Origin: the human T2T-CHM13v2.0 reference genome, Homo sapiens
Direction: 5' to 3' (one strand)
Length of the DNA: 64,000 nt
Assembly: GCF_009914755.1 (NCBI RefSeq)
Contig: NC_060939.1
The position numbers and the translations under genes are program-made. This document shows, piece by piece, positions 12,649 through 27,599 of the stretch (positions within the stretch are counted from its first letter, which is position 1; every line of letters begins with the position of its first letter). Under the pieces are notes generated by a model that was not told the origin of the DNA, did not search any database, and saw only the letters and a list, made by a program, of their open reading frames with translations.

Positions 12649-14432
12649 TTGAGTCCATTCAATTCCATTCCTTTCGTTTCCATTCCATTTGATGCCATTC
12701 CATTCAATTCTGTTCTACTCGACTCCAATACATTCAATTCCATTCCATCCGATTCCATTACATTCTTTTCATTTCTTATCCATTTCAAGCCATTCCACTC
12801 CATTCCATTCCACTCGTTTCCTTTCCATTCGAGTCCATTCCTCTCCAGTCCATTCCGTTCAATCCATTCCATTCCAGTCCATTCCATTCGAGTCCGTTCC
12901 ATTCCAGTCCATTCCATTCGAGTCAATTCCATTCCATTCGATGTCTTTCCATAACGATCCATTCCATTCTATTCCTTTCGATTCCATTCCATTCTATTTC
13001 ATTCCATTCGATTCCCTTCCATTGGACTGCTTTCCATTCGAGTGCATTCCATTCCGTTCCATTTCTTTCCGTTCTGTACGATTCCTACCGTTCGATTTCA
13101 TTTTGTTCCAGTCCATTCCTTTCGCGTCCATTCCATTCCATTTCACTCCATTCGATTCCATTCCACTCGATTCCACTTCGTTCCATTTCATTGCATTCCA
13201 TTCTATTCAACTCTATTGCCTTCCATTCCATTCCATTCGATTACATTCCATGCGATTCCATTCGAAATCGAATCAATTACATTGCAAACCATTACTATTG
13301 AGTCCGTTTTATTCCAGTCCACTGCATTCTGGTCCATTCCATTTGATTCCATTCCATTCTATTCCATTCCATACAGTTGCATTCCATTGGATTCCATGCT
13401 ATATCTATAAATTCAATTCGAGACCATTGCTTTTGAGTCCATTCTATATGATTCCATTCCATTCAAGTCCATTACATTTGGTTCAATTCCATTCCATTCC
13501 ATTCCCTTTCATTCCATTCCATTTGATATCAATCCATTCGATTCCATTCCATTCGAGCACATTCCATTCGAGTCCATTCCATTCGATGCCATTCCATTTG
13601 ATTCTATTCCATTAGTCTCCATTCAATTCCATTAATCTCCATTCCATTCCATTCTACTCCAACTGATTCCATTCCATTCTATTCCTTTCCATTCCATTTC
13701 ATTCCATTCCATTCCACTCCATTCCATTCCATTCCATTCCATTCGTGTCCATTCCACTCCAGTCCATTCCATTCGTGTCCATTCCATTCCAGTCCATTCC
13801 ATTTGTGTCCACTGCATTCCATTCCACTCCATTCCATATTATTCCATTACACTCCATTCCATTCTATTACTTTCATTTCCATTCAATTCCATTCCATTTG
13901 ATTCCATTCCACTCGGTTTCATTCCATTTGAGTTCACTCCATTCCATTCCATTCCATTCCATTCAGTTCCATTCCATTCCGTTCCATTACATTCCATTCC
14001 ATTCGGTACCATTCCATATTGTTCCATTCGATTCCATTCGAATCCATTCCATTGCAGTCCATTCCATTCGATTCCATTCCATTCATTTCAATTCCATTCC
14101 ATTCCATTCCATTCCATTCCACTTGATTCCTCTCCATTCCCTTCCACTGCATTCCGTTCGATTCCATTCCATTGCATTGCATTCCATTCCATTGGATTGC
14201 ATTCCATTCGATTCCATTCCATTCGAATCAATTACATAGCAATCCATTACATTCGAGTCTATTCTATTCCGTTCCATTCGATTTCGTTCCAATCCATTCG
14301 ATTCCATTCCATTCGATTCCATTCCATACTATTGCATTCCATTCGATTACATTATATTCGAATAAGTTCCATTCAAGACCATTTCTTTTGAGTCCATTCT
14401 ATTTGAGTCCATTCCCTTTGATTCCATAACAT
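12649..14432 (+). repeat. Variant (B-type) unit U8, 1784 bp
   Basis: Same diagnostic set as U4; also flagged by the 308/122 aa ORF pattern. Confidence 0.92.
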
Positions 14433-16212
14433 TTGAGTCCATTCAATTCCATTCCTTTCGTTTCCATTCCATTTGATGCCATTCCATTCAATTCTGTTCT
14501 ACTCGACTCCAATACATTCAATTCCATTCCATCCGATTCCATTACATTCTTTTCATTTCTTATCCATTTCAAGCCATTCCACTCCATTCCATTCCACTCG
14601 TTTCCTTTCCATTCGAGTCCATTCCTCTCCAGTCCATTCCGTTCAATCCATTCCATTCCAGTCCATTCCATTCGAGTCCGTTCCATTCCAGTCCATTCCA
14701 TTCGAGTCAATTCCATTCCATTCGATGTCTTTCCATAACGATCCATTCCATTCTATTCCTTTCGATTCCATTCCATTCTATTTCATTCCATTCGATTCCC
14801 TTCCATTGGACTCCTTTCCATTCGAGTGCATTCCATTCCGTTCCATTTCTTTCCGTTCTGTACGATTCCTACCGTTCGATTTCATTTTCTTCCAGTCCAT
14901 TCTTTCGCGTCCATTCCATTCCATTTCACTCCATTCGATTCCATTCCACTCGATTCCACTTCGTTCCATTTCATTGCATTCCATTCTATTCAACTCTATT
15001 GCCTTCCATTCCATTCCATTCGATTACATTCCATGCGATTCCATTCGAAATCGAATCAATTACATTGCAATCCATTACTATTGAGTCCGTTTTATTCCAG
15101 TCCACTGCATTCTGGTCCATTCCATTTGATTCCATTCCATTCTATTCCATTCCATACAGTTGCATTTCATTGGATTCCATGCTATATCTATAAATTCAAT
15201 TCGAGACCATTGCTTTTGAGTCCATTCTATATGATTCCATTCCATTCAAGTCCATTACATTTGGTTCAATTCCATTCCATTCGGTTCAATTCCATTCCAT
15301 TCCATTCCCTTCCATTCCATTCCAGTTGATATCAATCCATTCGATTCCATTCCATTCGAGCACATTCCATTCGAGTCCATTCCATTCGATGCCATTCCAT
15401 TTGATTCTATTCCATTAGTCTCCATTCAATTCCATTAATCTCCATTCCATTCCATTCTACTCCAACTGATTCCATTCCATTCTATTCCTTTCCATTCCAT
15501 TTCATTCCATTCCATTCCATTCCATTCCATTCCATTCCATTCCATTCGTGTCCATTCCACTCCAGTCCATTCCATTCGTATCCATTCCATTCCAGTCCAT
15601 TCCATTTGTGTCCACTGCATTCCATTCCACTCCATTCCATATTATTCCATTACACTCCATTCCATTCTATTACTTTCATTTCCATTCAATTCCATTCCAT
15701 TTGATTCCATTCCACTCGGTTTCATTCCATTTGAGTCCACTCCATTCCATTCCATTCCATTCAGTTCCATTCCATTCTGTTCCATTCCATTCCGTTCCAT
15801 TACATTCCATTCCATTCGGTACCATTCCATATTGTTCCATTCGATTCCATTCGAATCCATTCCATTCCAGTCCATTCCATTCGATTCCATTCCATTCATT
15901 TCAATTCCATTCCATTCCATTCCATTACATTCCACTTGATTCCTCTCCATTCCCTTCCACTGCATTCCGTTCGATTCCATTCCATTGCATTGCATTCCAT
16001 TCCATTGGATTGCATTCCATTCGATTCCATTCCATTCGAATCAATTACATAGCAATCCATTACATTCGAGTCTATTCTATTCCGTTCCATTCGATTTCGT
16101 TCCAATCCATTCGATTCCATTCCATTCGATTCCATTCCATACTATTGCATTCCATTCGATTACATTATATTCGAATAAGTTCCATTCAAGACCATTTCTT
16201 TTGAGTCCATTC

Positions 16213-19200
16213 TATTTGAGTCCATTCCCTTTGATTCCATAACATTTGAGTCCATTCAATTCCATTCCTTTCGTTTCCATTCCATTTGATGCCATTCCAT
16301 TCAATTCTGTTCTACTCGACTCCAATACATTCAATTCCATTCCATCCGATTCCATTACATTCTTTTCATTTCTTATCCATTTCAAGCCATTCCACTCCAT
16401 TCCATTCCACTCGTTTCCTTTCCATTCGAGTCCATTCCTCTCCAGTCCATTCCGTTCAATCCATTCCATTCCAGTCCATTCCATTCGAGTCCGTTCCATT
16501 CCAGTCCATTCCATTCGAGTCAATTCCATTCCATTCGATGTCTTTCCATAACGATCCATTCCATTCTATTCCTTTCGATTCCATTCCATTCTATTTCATT
16601 CCATTCGATTCCCTTCCATTGGACTCCTTTCCATTCGAGTGCATTCCATTCCGTTCCATTTCTTTCCGTTCTGTACGATTCCTACCGTTCGATTTCATTT
16701 TGTTCCAGTCCATTCTTTCGCGTCCATTCATTCCATTTCACTCCATTCGATTCCATTCCACTCGATTCCACTTCGTTCCATTTCATTGCATTCCATTCTA
16801 TTCAACTCTATTGCCTTCCATTCCATTCCATTCGATTACATTCCATGCGATTCCATTCAAAATCGAATCAATTACATTGCAATCCATTACTATTGAGTCC
16901 GTTTTATTCCAGTCCACTGCATTCTGGTCCATTCCATTTGATTCCATTCCATTCTATTCCATTCCATACAGTTGCATTCCATTGGATTCCATGCTATATC
17001 TATAAATTCAATTCGAGACCATTGCTTTTGAGTCCATTCTATATGATTCCATTCCATTCAAGTCCATTACATTTGGTTAAATTCCATTCCATTCGGTTCA
17101 ATTCCATTCCATTCCATTCCCTTCCATTCCATTCCAGTTGATATCAATCCATTCGATTCCATTCCATTCGAGCACATTCCATTCGAGTCCATTCCATTCG
17201 ATGCCATTCCATTTGATTCTATTCCATTAGTCTCCATTCAATTCCATTAATCTCCATTCCATTCCATTCTACTCCAACTGATTCCATTCCATTCTATTCC
17301 TTTCCATTCCATTTCATTCCATTCCATTCCATTCCATTCCATTCCATTCCATTCCATTCGTGTCCATTCCACTGCAGTCCATTCCATTCGTATCCATTCC
17401 ATTCCAGTCCATTCCATTTGTGTCCACTGCATTCCATTCCACTCCATTCCATATTATTCCATTACACTCCATTCCATTCTATTACTTTCATTTCCATTCA
17501 ATTCCATTCCATTTGATTCCATTCCACTCGGTTTCATTCCATTTGAGTCCACTCCATTCCATTCCATTCCATTCAGTTCCATTCCATTCTGTTCCATTCC
17601 ATTCCGTTCCATTACATTCCATTCCATTCGGTACCATTCCATATTGTTCCATTCGATTCCATTCGAATCCATTCCATTCCAGTCCATTCCATTCGATTCC
17701 ATTCCATTCATTTCAATTCCATTCCATTCCATTCCATTACATTCCACTTGATTCCTCTCCATTCCCTTCCACTGCATTCCGTTCGATTCCATTCCATTGC
17801 ATTGCATTCCATTCCATTGGATTGCATTCCATTCGATTCCATTCCATTCGAATCAATTACATAGCAATCCATTACATTCGAGTCTATTCTCTTCCGTTCC
17901 ATTCGATTTCGTTCCAATCCATTCGATTCCATTCCATTCGATTCCATTCCATACTATTGCATTCCATTCGATTACATTATATTCGAATAAGTTCCATTCA
18001 AGACCATTTCTTTTGAGTCCATTCTATTTGAGTCCATTGCCTTTGATTCCATAACATTTGAGTCCATTCAATTCCATTCCTTTCGTTTCCATTCCATTTG
18101 ATGCCATTCCATTCAATTCTGTTCTACTCGACTCCAATACATTCAATTCCATTCCATCCGATTCCATTACATTCTTTTCATTTCTTATCCATTTCAAGCC
18201 ATTCCACTCCATTCCATTCCACTCGTTTCCTTTCCATTCGAGTCCATTACTCTCCAGTCCATTCCGTTCAATCCATTCCATTCCAGTCCATTCCATTCGA
18301 GTCCGTTCCATTCCAGTCCATTCCATTCGAGTCAATTCCATTCTATTCGATGTCTTTCCATAACGATCCATTCCATTCTATTCCTTTCGATTCCATTCCA
18401 TTCTATTTCATTCCATTCGATTCCCTTCCATTGGACTCCTTTCCATTCGAGTGCATTGCATTCCGTTCCATTTCTTTCCGTTCTGTACGATTCCTACCAT
18501 TCGATTTCATTTTGTTCCAGTCCATTCTTTCGCGTCCATTCCATTCCATTTCACTCCATTCGATTCCATTCCACTCGATTCCACTTCGTTCCATTTCATT
18601 GCATTCCATTCTATTCAACTCTATTGCCTTCCATTCCATTCCATTCGATTACATTCCATGCGATTCCATTCGAAATCGAATCAATTACATTGCAATCCAT
18701 TACTATTGAGTCCGTTTTATTCCAGTCCACTGCATTCTGGTCCATTCCATTTGATTCCATTCCATTCTATTCCATTCCATACAGTTGCATTCCATTGGAT
18801 TCCATGCTATATCTATAAATTCAATTCGAGACCATTGCTTTTGAGTCCATTCTATATGATTCCATTCCATTCAAGTCCATTACATTTGGTTAAATTCCAT
18901 TCCATTCGGTTCAATTCCATTCCATTCCATTCCCTTCCATTCCATTCCAGTTGATATCAATCCATTCGATTCCATTCCATTCGAGCACATTCCATTCGAG
19001 TCCATTCCATTCGATGCCATTCCATTTGATTCTATTCCATTAGTCTCCATTCAATTCCATTAATCTCCATTCCATTCCATTCTACTCCAACTGATTCCAT
19101 TCCATTCTATTCCTTTCCATTCCATTTCATTCCATTCCATTCCATTCCATTCGTGTCCATTCCACTCCAGTCCATTCCATTCGTATCCATTCCATTCCAG

Positions 19201-20489
19201 TCCATTCCATTTGTGTCCACTGCATTCCATTCCACTCCATTCCATATTATTCCATTACACTCCATTCCATTCTATTACTTTCATTTCCATTCAATTCCAT
19301 TCCATTTGATTCCATTCCACTCGGTTTCATTCCATTTGAGTCCACTCCATTCCATTCCATTCCATTCAGTTCCATTCCATTCTGTTCCATTCCATTCCGT
19401 TCCATTACATTCCATTCCATTCGGTACCATTCCATATTGTTCCATTCGATTCCATTCGAATCCATTCCATTCCAGTCCATTCCATTCGATTCCATTCCAT
19501 TCATTTCAATTCCATTCCATTCCATTCCATTACATTCCACTTGATTCCTCTCCATTCCCTTCCACTGCATTCCGTTCGATTCCATTCCATTGCATTGCAT
19601 TCCATTCCATTGGATTGCATTCCATTCGATTCCATTCCATTCGAATCAATTACATAGCAATCCATTACATTCGAGTCTATTCTCTTCCGTTCCATTCGAT
19701 TTCGTTCCAATCCATTCGATTCCATTCCATTCGATTCCATTCCATACTATTGCATTCCATTCGATTACATTATATTCGAATAAGTTCCATTCAAGACCAT
19801 TTCTTTTGAGTCCATTCTATTTGAGTCCATTCCCTTTGATTCCATAACATTTGAGTCCATTCAATTCCATTCCTTTCGTTTCCATTCCATTTGATGCCAT
19901 TCCATTCAATTCTGTTATACTCGACTCCAATACATTCAATTCCATTCCATCCGATTCCATTACATTCTTTTCATTTCTTATCCATTTCAAGCCATTCCAC
20001 TCCATTCCATTCCACTCGTTTCCTTTCCATTCGAGTCCATTCCTCTCCAGTCCATTCCGTTCAATCCATTCCATTCCAGTCCATTCCATTCGAGTCCGTT
20101 CCATTCCAGTCCATTCCATTCGAGTCAATTCCATTCCATTCGATGTCTTTCCATAACGATCCATTCCATTCTATTCCTTTCGATTCCATTCCATTCTATT
20201 TCATTCCATTCGATTCCCTTCCATTGGACTCCTTTCCATTCGAGTGCATTCCATTCCGTTCCATTTCTTTCCGTTCTGTACGATTCCTACCGTTCGATTT
20301 CATTTTTTTCCAGTCCATTCTTTCGCGTCCATTCCATTCCATTTCACTCCATTCGATTCCATTCCACTCGATTCCACTTCGTTCCATTTCATTGCATTCC
20401 ATTCTATTCAACTCTATTGCCTTCCATTCCATTCCATTCGATTACATTCCATGCGATTCCATTCGAAATCGAATCAATTACATTGCAAT
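16213..20489 (+). repeat. Copy of segment 1-4277 at exact offset 16212 (9 units)
   Basis: Shared private variants: PstI CTGCAG 1160/17372, CCATTGCCTTTG, CCATTACTCTCC, TACCATTCG, TGTTATACTC 3705/19917. Unit lengths 1812 and 1793 are identical in both copies. Confidence 0.9.
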
Positions 20490-23400
20490 TCATTACTATT
20501 GAGTCCGTTTTATTCCAGTCCACTGCATTCTGGTCCATTCCATTTGATTCCATTCCATTCTATTCCATTCCATACAGTTGCATTCCATTGGATTCCATGC
20601 TATATCTATAAATTCAATTCGAGACCATTGTTTTTGAGTCCATTCTATATGATTCCATTCCATTCAAGTCCATTACATTTGGTTAAATTCCATTCCATTC
20701 GGTTCAATTCCATTCCATTCCATTCCCTTCCATTCCATTCCAGTTGATATCAATCCATTCGATTCCATTCCATTCGAGCACATTCCATTCGAGTCCATTC
20801 CATTCGATGCCATTCCATTTGATTCTATTCCATTAGTCTCCATTCAATTCCATTAATCTCCATTCCATTCCATTCTACTCCAACTGATTCCATTCCATTC
20901 TATTCCTTTCCATTCCATTTCATTCCATTCCATTCCATTCCATTCCATTCCATTCCATTCCATTCGTGTCCATTCCACTCCAGTCCATTCCATTCGTATC
21001 CATTCCATTCCAGTCCATTCCATTTGTGTCCACTGCATTCCATTCCACTCCATTCCATATTATTCCATTACACTCCATTCCATTCTATTACTTTCATTTC
21101 CATTCAATTCCATTCCATTTGATTCCATTCCACTCGGTTTCATTCCATTTGAGTCCACTCCATTCCATTCCATTCCATTCAGTTCCATTCCATTCTGTTC
21201 CATTCCATTCCGTTCCATTACATTCCATTCCATTCGGTACCATTCCATATTGTTCCATTCGATTCCATTCGAATCCATTCCATTCCAGTCCATTCCATTC
21301 GATTCCATTCCATTCATTTCAATTCCATTCCATTCCATTCCATTACATTCCACTTGATTCCTCTCCATTCCCTTCCACTGCATTCCGTTCGATTCCATTC
21401 CATTGCATTGCATTCCATTCCATTGGATTGCATTCCATTCGATTCCATTCCATTCGAATCAATTACATAGCAATCCATTACATTCGAGTCTATTCTCTTC
21501 CGTTCCATTCGATTTCGTTCCAATCCATTCGATTCCATTCCATTCGATTCCATTCCATACTATTGCATTCCATTCGATTACATTATATTCGAATAAGTTC
21601 CATTCAAGACCATTTCTTTTGAGTCCATTCTATTTGAGTCCATTCCCTTTGATTCCATAACATTTGAGTCCATTCAATTCCATTCCTTTCGTTTCCATTC
21701 CATTTGATGCCATTCCATTCAATTCTGTTCTACTCGACTCCAATACATTCAATTCCATTCCATCCGATTCCATTACATTCTTTTCATTTCTTATCCATTT
21801 CAAGCCATTCCACTCCATTCCATTCCACTCGTTTCCTTTCCATTCGAGTCCATTCCTCTCCAGTCCATTCCGTTCAATCCATTCCATTCCAGTCCATTCC
21901 ATTCGAGTCCGTTCCATTCCAGTCCATTCCATTCGAGTCAATTCCATTCCATTCGATGTCTTTCCATAACGATCCATTCCATTCTATTCCTTTCGATTCC
22001 ATTCCATTCTATTTCATTCCATTCGATTCCCTTCCATTGGACTCCTTTCCATTCGAGTGCATTCCATTCCGTTCCATTTCTTTCCGTTCTGTACGATTCC
22101 TACCTTTCGATTTCATTTTCTTCCAGTCCATTCTTTCGCGTCCATTCCATTCCATTTCACTCCATTCGATTCCATTCCACTCGATTCCACTTCGTTCCAT
22201 TTCATTGCATTCCATTCTATTCAACTCTATTGCCTTCCATTCCATTCCATTCGATTACATTCCATGCGATTCCATTCGAAATCGAATCAATTACATTGCA
22301 ATCCATTACTATTGAGTCCGTTTTATTCCAGTCCACTGCATTCTGGTCCATTCCATTTGATTCCATTCCATTCTATTCCATTCCATACAGTTGCATTCCA
22401 TTGGATTCCATGCTATATCTATAAATTCAATTCGAGACCATTGCTTTTGAGTCCATTCTATATGATTCCATTCCATTCAAGTCCATTACATTTGGTTAAA
22501 TTCCATTCCATTCGGTTCAATTCCATTCCATTCCATTCCCTTCCATTCCATTCCAGTTGATATCAATCCATTCGATTCCATTCCATTCGAGCACATTCCA
22601 TTCGAGTCCATTCCATTCGATGCCATTCCATTTGATTCTATTCCATTAGTCTCCATTCAATTCCATTAATCTCCATTCCATTCCATTCTACTCCAACTGA
22701 TTCCATTCCATTCTATTCCTTTCCATTCCATTTCATTCCATTCCATTCCATTCCATTCCATTCCATTCCATTCGTGTCCATTCCACTCCAGTCCATTCCA
22801 TTCGTATCCATTCCATTCCAGTCTATTCCATTTGTGTCCACTGCATTCCAATCCACTCCATTCCATATTATTCCATTACACTCCATTCCATTCTATTACT
22901 TTCATTTCCATTCAATTCCATTCCATTTGATTCCATTCCACTCGGTTTCATTCCATTTGAGTCCACTCCATTCCATTCCATTCCATTCAGTTCCATTCCA
23001 TTCTGTTCCATTCCATTCCGTTCCATTACATTCCATTCCATTCGGTACCATTCCATATTGTTCCATTCGATTCCATTCGAATCCATTCCATTCCAGTCCA
23101 TTCCATTCGATTCCATTCCATTCATTTCAATTCCATTCCATTCCATTACATTACATTGCACTTGATTCCTCTCCATTCCCTTCCACTGTATTCCGTTCGA
23201 TTCCATTCCATTGCATTGCATTCCATTCCATTGTATTGCATTCCATTCGATTCCATTCCATTCGAATCAATTACATAGCAATCCATTACATTCGAGTCTA
23301 TTCTATTCCGTTCCATTCGATTTCGTTCCAATCCATTCGATTCCATTCCATTCGATTCCATTCCATACTATTGCATTCCATTCGATTACATTATATTCGA

Positions 23401-26400
23401 ATAAGTTCCATTCAAGACCATTTCTTTTGAGTCCATTCTATTTGAGTCCATTCCCTTTGATTCCATAACATTTGAGTCCATTCAATTCCATTCCTTTCGT
23501 TTCCATTCCATTTGATGCCATTCCATTCAATTCTGTTCTACTCGACTCCAATACATTCAATTCCATTCCATCCGATTCCATTACATTCTTTTCATTTCTT
23601 ATCCATTTCAAGCCATTCCACTCCATTCCATTCCACTCGTTTCCTTTCCATTCGAGTCCATTCCTCTCCAGTCCATTCCGTTCAATCCATTCCATTCCAG
23701 TCCATTCCATTCGAGTCCGTTCCATTCCAGTCCATTCCATTCGAGTCAATTCCATTCTATTCGATGTCTTTCCATAACGATCCATTCCATTCTATTCCTT
23801 TCGATTCCATTCCATTCTATTTCATTCCATTCGATTCCCTTCCATTGGACTCCTTTCCATTCGAGTGCATTGCATTCCGTTCCATTTCTTTCCGTTCTGT
23901 ACGATTCCTACCGTTCGATTTCATTTTTTTCCAGTCCATTCTTTCGCGTCCATTCCATTCCATTTCACTCCATTCGATTCCATTCCACTCGATTCCACTT
24001 CGTTCCATTTCATTGCATTCCATTCTATTCAACTCTATTGCCTTCCATTCCATTCCATTCGATTACATTCCATGCGATTCCATTCGAAATCGAATCAATT
24101 ACATTGCAATCCATTACTATTGAGTCCGTTTTATTCCAGTCCACTGCATTCTGGTCCATTCCATTTGATTCCATTCCATTCTATTCCATTCCATACAGTT
24201 GCATTCCATTGGATTCCATGCTATATCTATAAATTCAATTCGAGACCATTGCTTTTGAGTCCATTCTATATGATTCCATTCCATTCAAGTCCATTACATT
24301 TGGTTAAATTCCATTCCATTCGGTTCAATTCCATTCCATTCCATTCCCTTCCATTCCATTCCAGTTGATATCAATCCATTCGATTCCATTCCATTCGAGC
24401 ACATTCCATTCGAGTCCATTCCATTCGATGCCATTCCATTTGATTCTATTCCATTAGTCTCCATTCAATTCCATTAATCTCCATTCCATTCCATTCTACT
24501 CCAACTGATTCCATTCCATTCTATTCCTTTCCATTCCATTTCATTCCATTCCATTCCATTCCATTCCATTCCATTCCATTCGTGTCCATTCCACTCCAGT
24601 CCATTCCATTCGTATCCATTCCATTCCAGTCCATTCCATTTGTGTCCACTGCATTCCATTCCACTCCATTCCATATTATTCCATTACACTCCATTCCATT
24701 CTATTACTTTCATTTCCATTCAATTCCATTCCATTTGATTCCATTCCACTCGGTTTCATTCCATTTGAGTCCACTCCATTCCATTCCATTCCATTCAGTT
24801 CCATTCCATTCTGTTCCATTCCATTCCGTTCCATTACATTCCATTCCATTCGGTACCATTCCATATTGTTCCATTCGATTCCATTCGAATCCATTCCATT
24901 CCAGTCCATTCCATTCGATTCCATTCCATTCATTTCAATTCCATTCCATTCCATTCCATTACATTCCACTTGATTCCTCTCCATTCCCTTCCACTGCATT
25001 CCGTTCGATTCCATTCCATTGCATTGCATTCCATTCCATTGGATTGCATTCCATTCGATTCCATTCCATTCGAATCAATTACATAGCAATCCATTACATT
25101 CGAGTCTATTCTCTTCCGTTCCATTCGATTTCGTTCCAATCCATTCGATTCCATTCCATTCGATTCCATTCCATACTATTGCATTCCATTCGATTACATT
25201 ATATTCGAATAAGTTCCATTCAAGACCATTTCTTTTGAGTCCATTCTATTTGAGTCCATTCCCTTTGATTCCATAACATTTGAGTCCATTCAATTCCATT
25301 CCTTTCGTTTCCATTCCATTTGATGCCATTCCATTCAATTCTGTTCTACTCGACTCCAATACATTCAATTCCATTCCATCCGATTCCATTACATTCTTTT
25401 CATTTCTTATCCATTTCAAGCCATTCCACTCCATTCCATTCCACTCGTTTCCTTTCCATTCGAGTCCATTCCTCTCCAGTCCATTCCGTTCAATCCATTC
25501 CATTCCAGTCCATTCCATTCGAGTCCGTTCCATTCCAGTCCATTCCATTCGAGTCAATTCCATTCCATTCGATGTCTTTCCATAACGATCCATTCCATTC
25601 TATTCCTTTCGATTCCATTCCATTCTATTTCATTCCATTCGATTCCCTTCCATTGGACTCCTTTCCATTCGAGTGCATTCCATTCCGTTCCATTTCTTTC
25701 CGTTCTGTACGATTCCTACCGTTCGATTTCATTTTTTTCCAGTCCATTCTTTCGCGTCCATTCCATTCCATTTCACTCCATTCGATTCCATTCCACTCGA
25801 TTCCACTTCGTTCCATTTCATTGCATTCCATTCTATTCAACTCTATTGCCTTCCATTCCATTCCATTCGATTACATTCCATGCGATTCCATTCGAAATCG
25901 AATCAATTACATTGCAATTCATTACTATTGAGTCCGTTTTATTCCAGTCCACTGCATTCTGGTCCATTCCATTTGATTCCATTCCATTCTATTCCATTCC
26001 ATACAGTTGCATTCCATTGGATTCCATGCTATATCTATAAATTCAATTCGAGACCATTGTTTTTGAGTCCATTCTATATGATTCCATTCCATTCAAGTCC
26101 ATTACATTTGGTTAAATTCCATTCCATTCGGTTCAATTCCATTCCATTCCATTCCCTTCCATTCCATTCCAGTTGATATCAATCCATTCGATTCCATTCC
26201 ATTCGAGCACATTCCATTCGAGTCCATTCCATTCGATGCCATTCCATTTGATTCTATTCCATTAGTCTCCATTCAATTCCATTAATCTCCATTCCATTCC
26301 ATTCTACTCCAACTGATTCCATTCCATTCTATTCCTTTCCATTCCATTTCATTCCATTCCATTCCATTCCATTCCATTCCATTCGTGTCCATTCCACTCC

Positions 26401-27599
26401 AGTCCATTCCATTCGTATCCATTCCATTCCAGTCCATTCCATTTGTGTCCACCGCATTCCATTCCACTCCATTCCATATTATTCCATTACACTCCATTCC
26501 ATTCTATTACTTTCATTTCCATTCAATTCCATTCCATTTGATTCCATTCCACTCGGTTTCATTCCATTTGAGTCCACTCCATTCCATTCCATTCCATTCA
26601 GTTCCATTCCATTCTGTTCCATTCCATTCCGTTCCATTACATTCCATTCCATTCGGTACCATTCCATATTGTTCCATTCGATTCCATTCGAATCCATTCC
26701 ATTCCAGTCCATTCCATTCGATTCCATTCCATTCATTTCAATTCCATTCCATTCCATTCCATTACATTCCACTTGATTCCTCTCCATTCCCTTCCACTGC
26801 ATTCCGTTCGATTCCATTCCATTGCATTGCATTCCATTCCATTGGATTGCATTCCATTCGATTCCATTCCATTCGAATCAATTACATAGCAATCCATTAC
26901 ATTCGAGTCTATTCTCTTCCGTTCCATTCGATTTCGTTCCAATCCATTCGATTCCATTCCATTCGATTCCATTCCATACTATTGCATTCCATTCGATTAC
27001 ATTATATTCGAATAATTTCCATTCAAGACCATTTCTTTTGAGTCCATTCTATTTGAGTCCATTCCCTTTGATTCCATAACATTTGAGTCCATTCAATTCC
27101 ATTCCTTTCGTTTCCATTCCATTTGATGCCATTACATTCAATTCTGTTCTACTCGACTCCAATACATTCAATTCCATTCCATCCGATTCCATTACATTCT
27201 TTTCATTTCTTATCCATTTCAAGCCATTCCACTCCATTCCATTCCACTCGTTTCCTTTCCATTCGAGTCCATTCCTCTCCAGTCCATTCCGTTCAATCCA
27301 TTCCATTCCAGTCCATTCCATTCGAGTCCGTTCCATTCCAGTCCATTCCATTCGAGTCAATTCCATTCCATTCGATGTCTTTCCATAACGATCCATTCCA
27401 TTCTATTCCTTTCGATTCCATTCCATTCTATTTCATTCCATTCGATTCCCTTCCATTGGACTCCTTTCCATTCGAGTGCATTCCATTCCGTTCCATTTCT
27501 TTCCGTTCTGTACGATTCCTACCGTACGATTTCATTTTCTTCCAGTCCATTCTTTCGCGTCCATTCCATTCCATTTCACTCCATTCGATTCCATTCCAC

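Noticed and set aside
12689-13615. Longest ORF (308 aa), recurring in B units
   Set aside because: It arises from the +1 C and the 20-bp difference fusing frames, and is broken by a TAG in U4. There is no sign of coding constraint.
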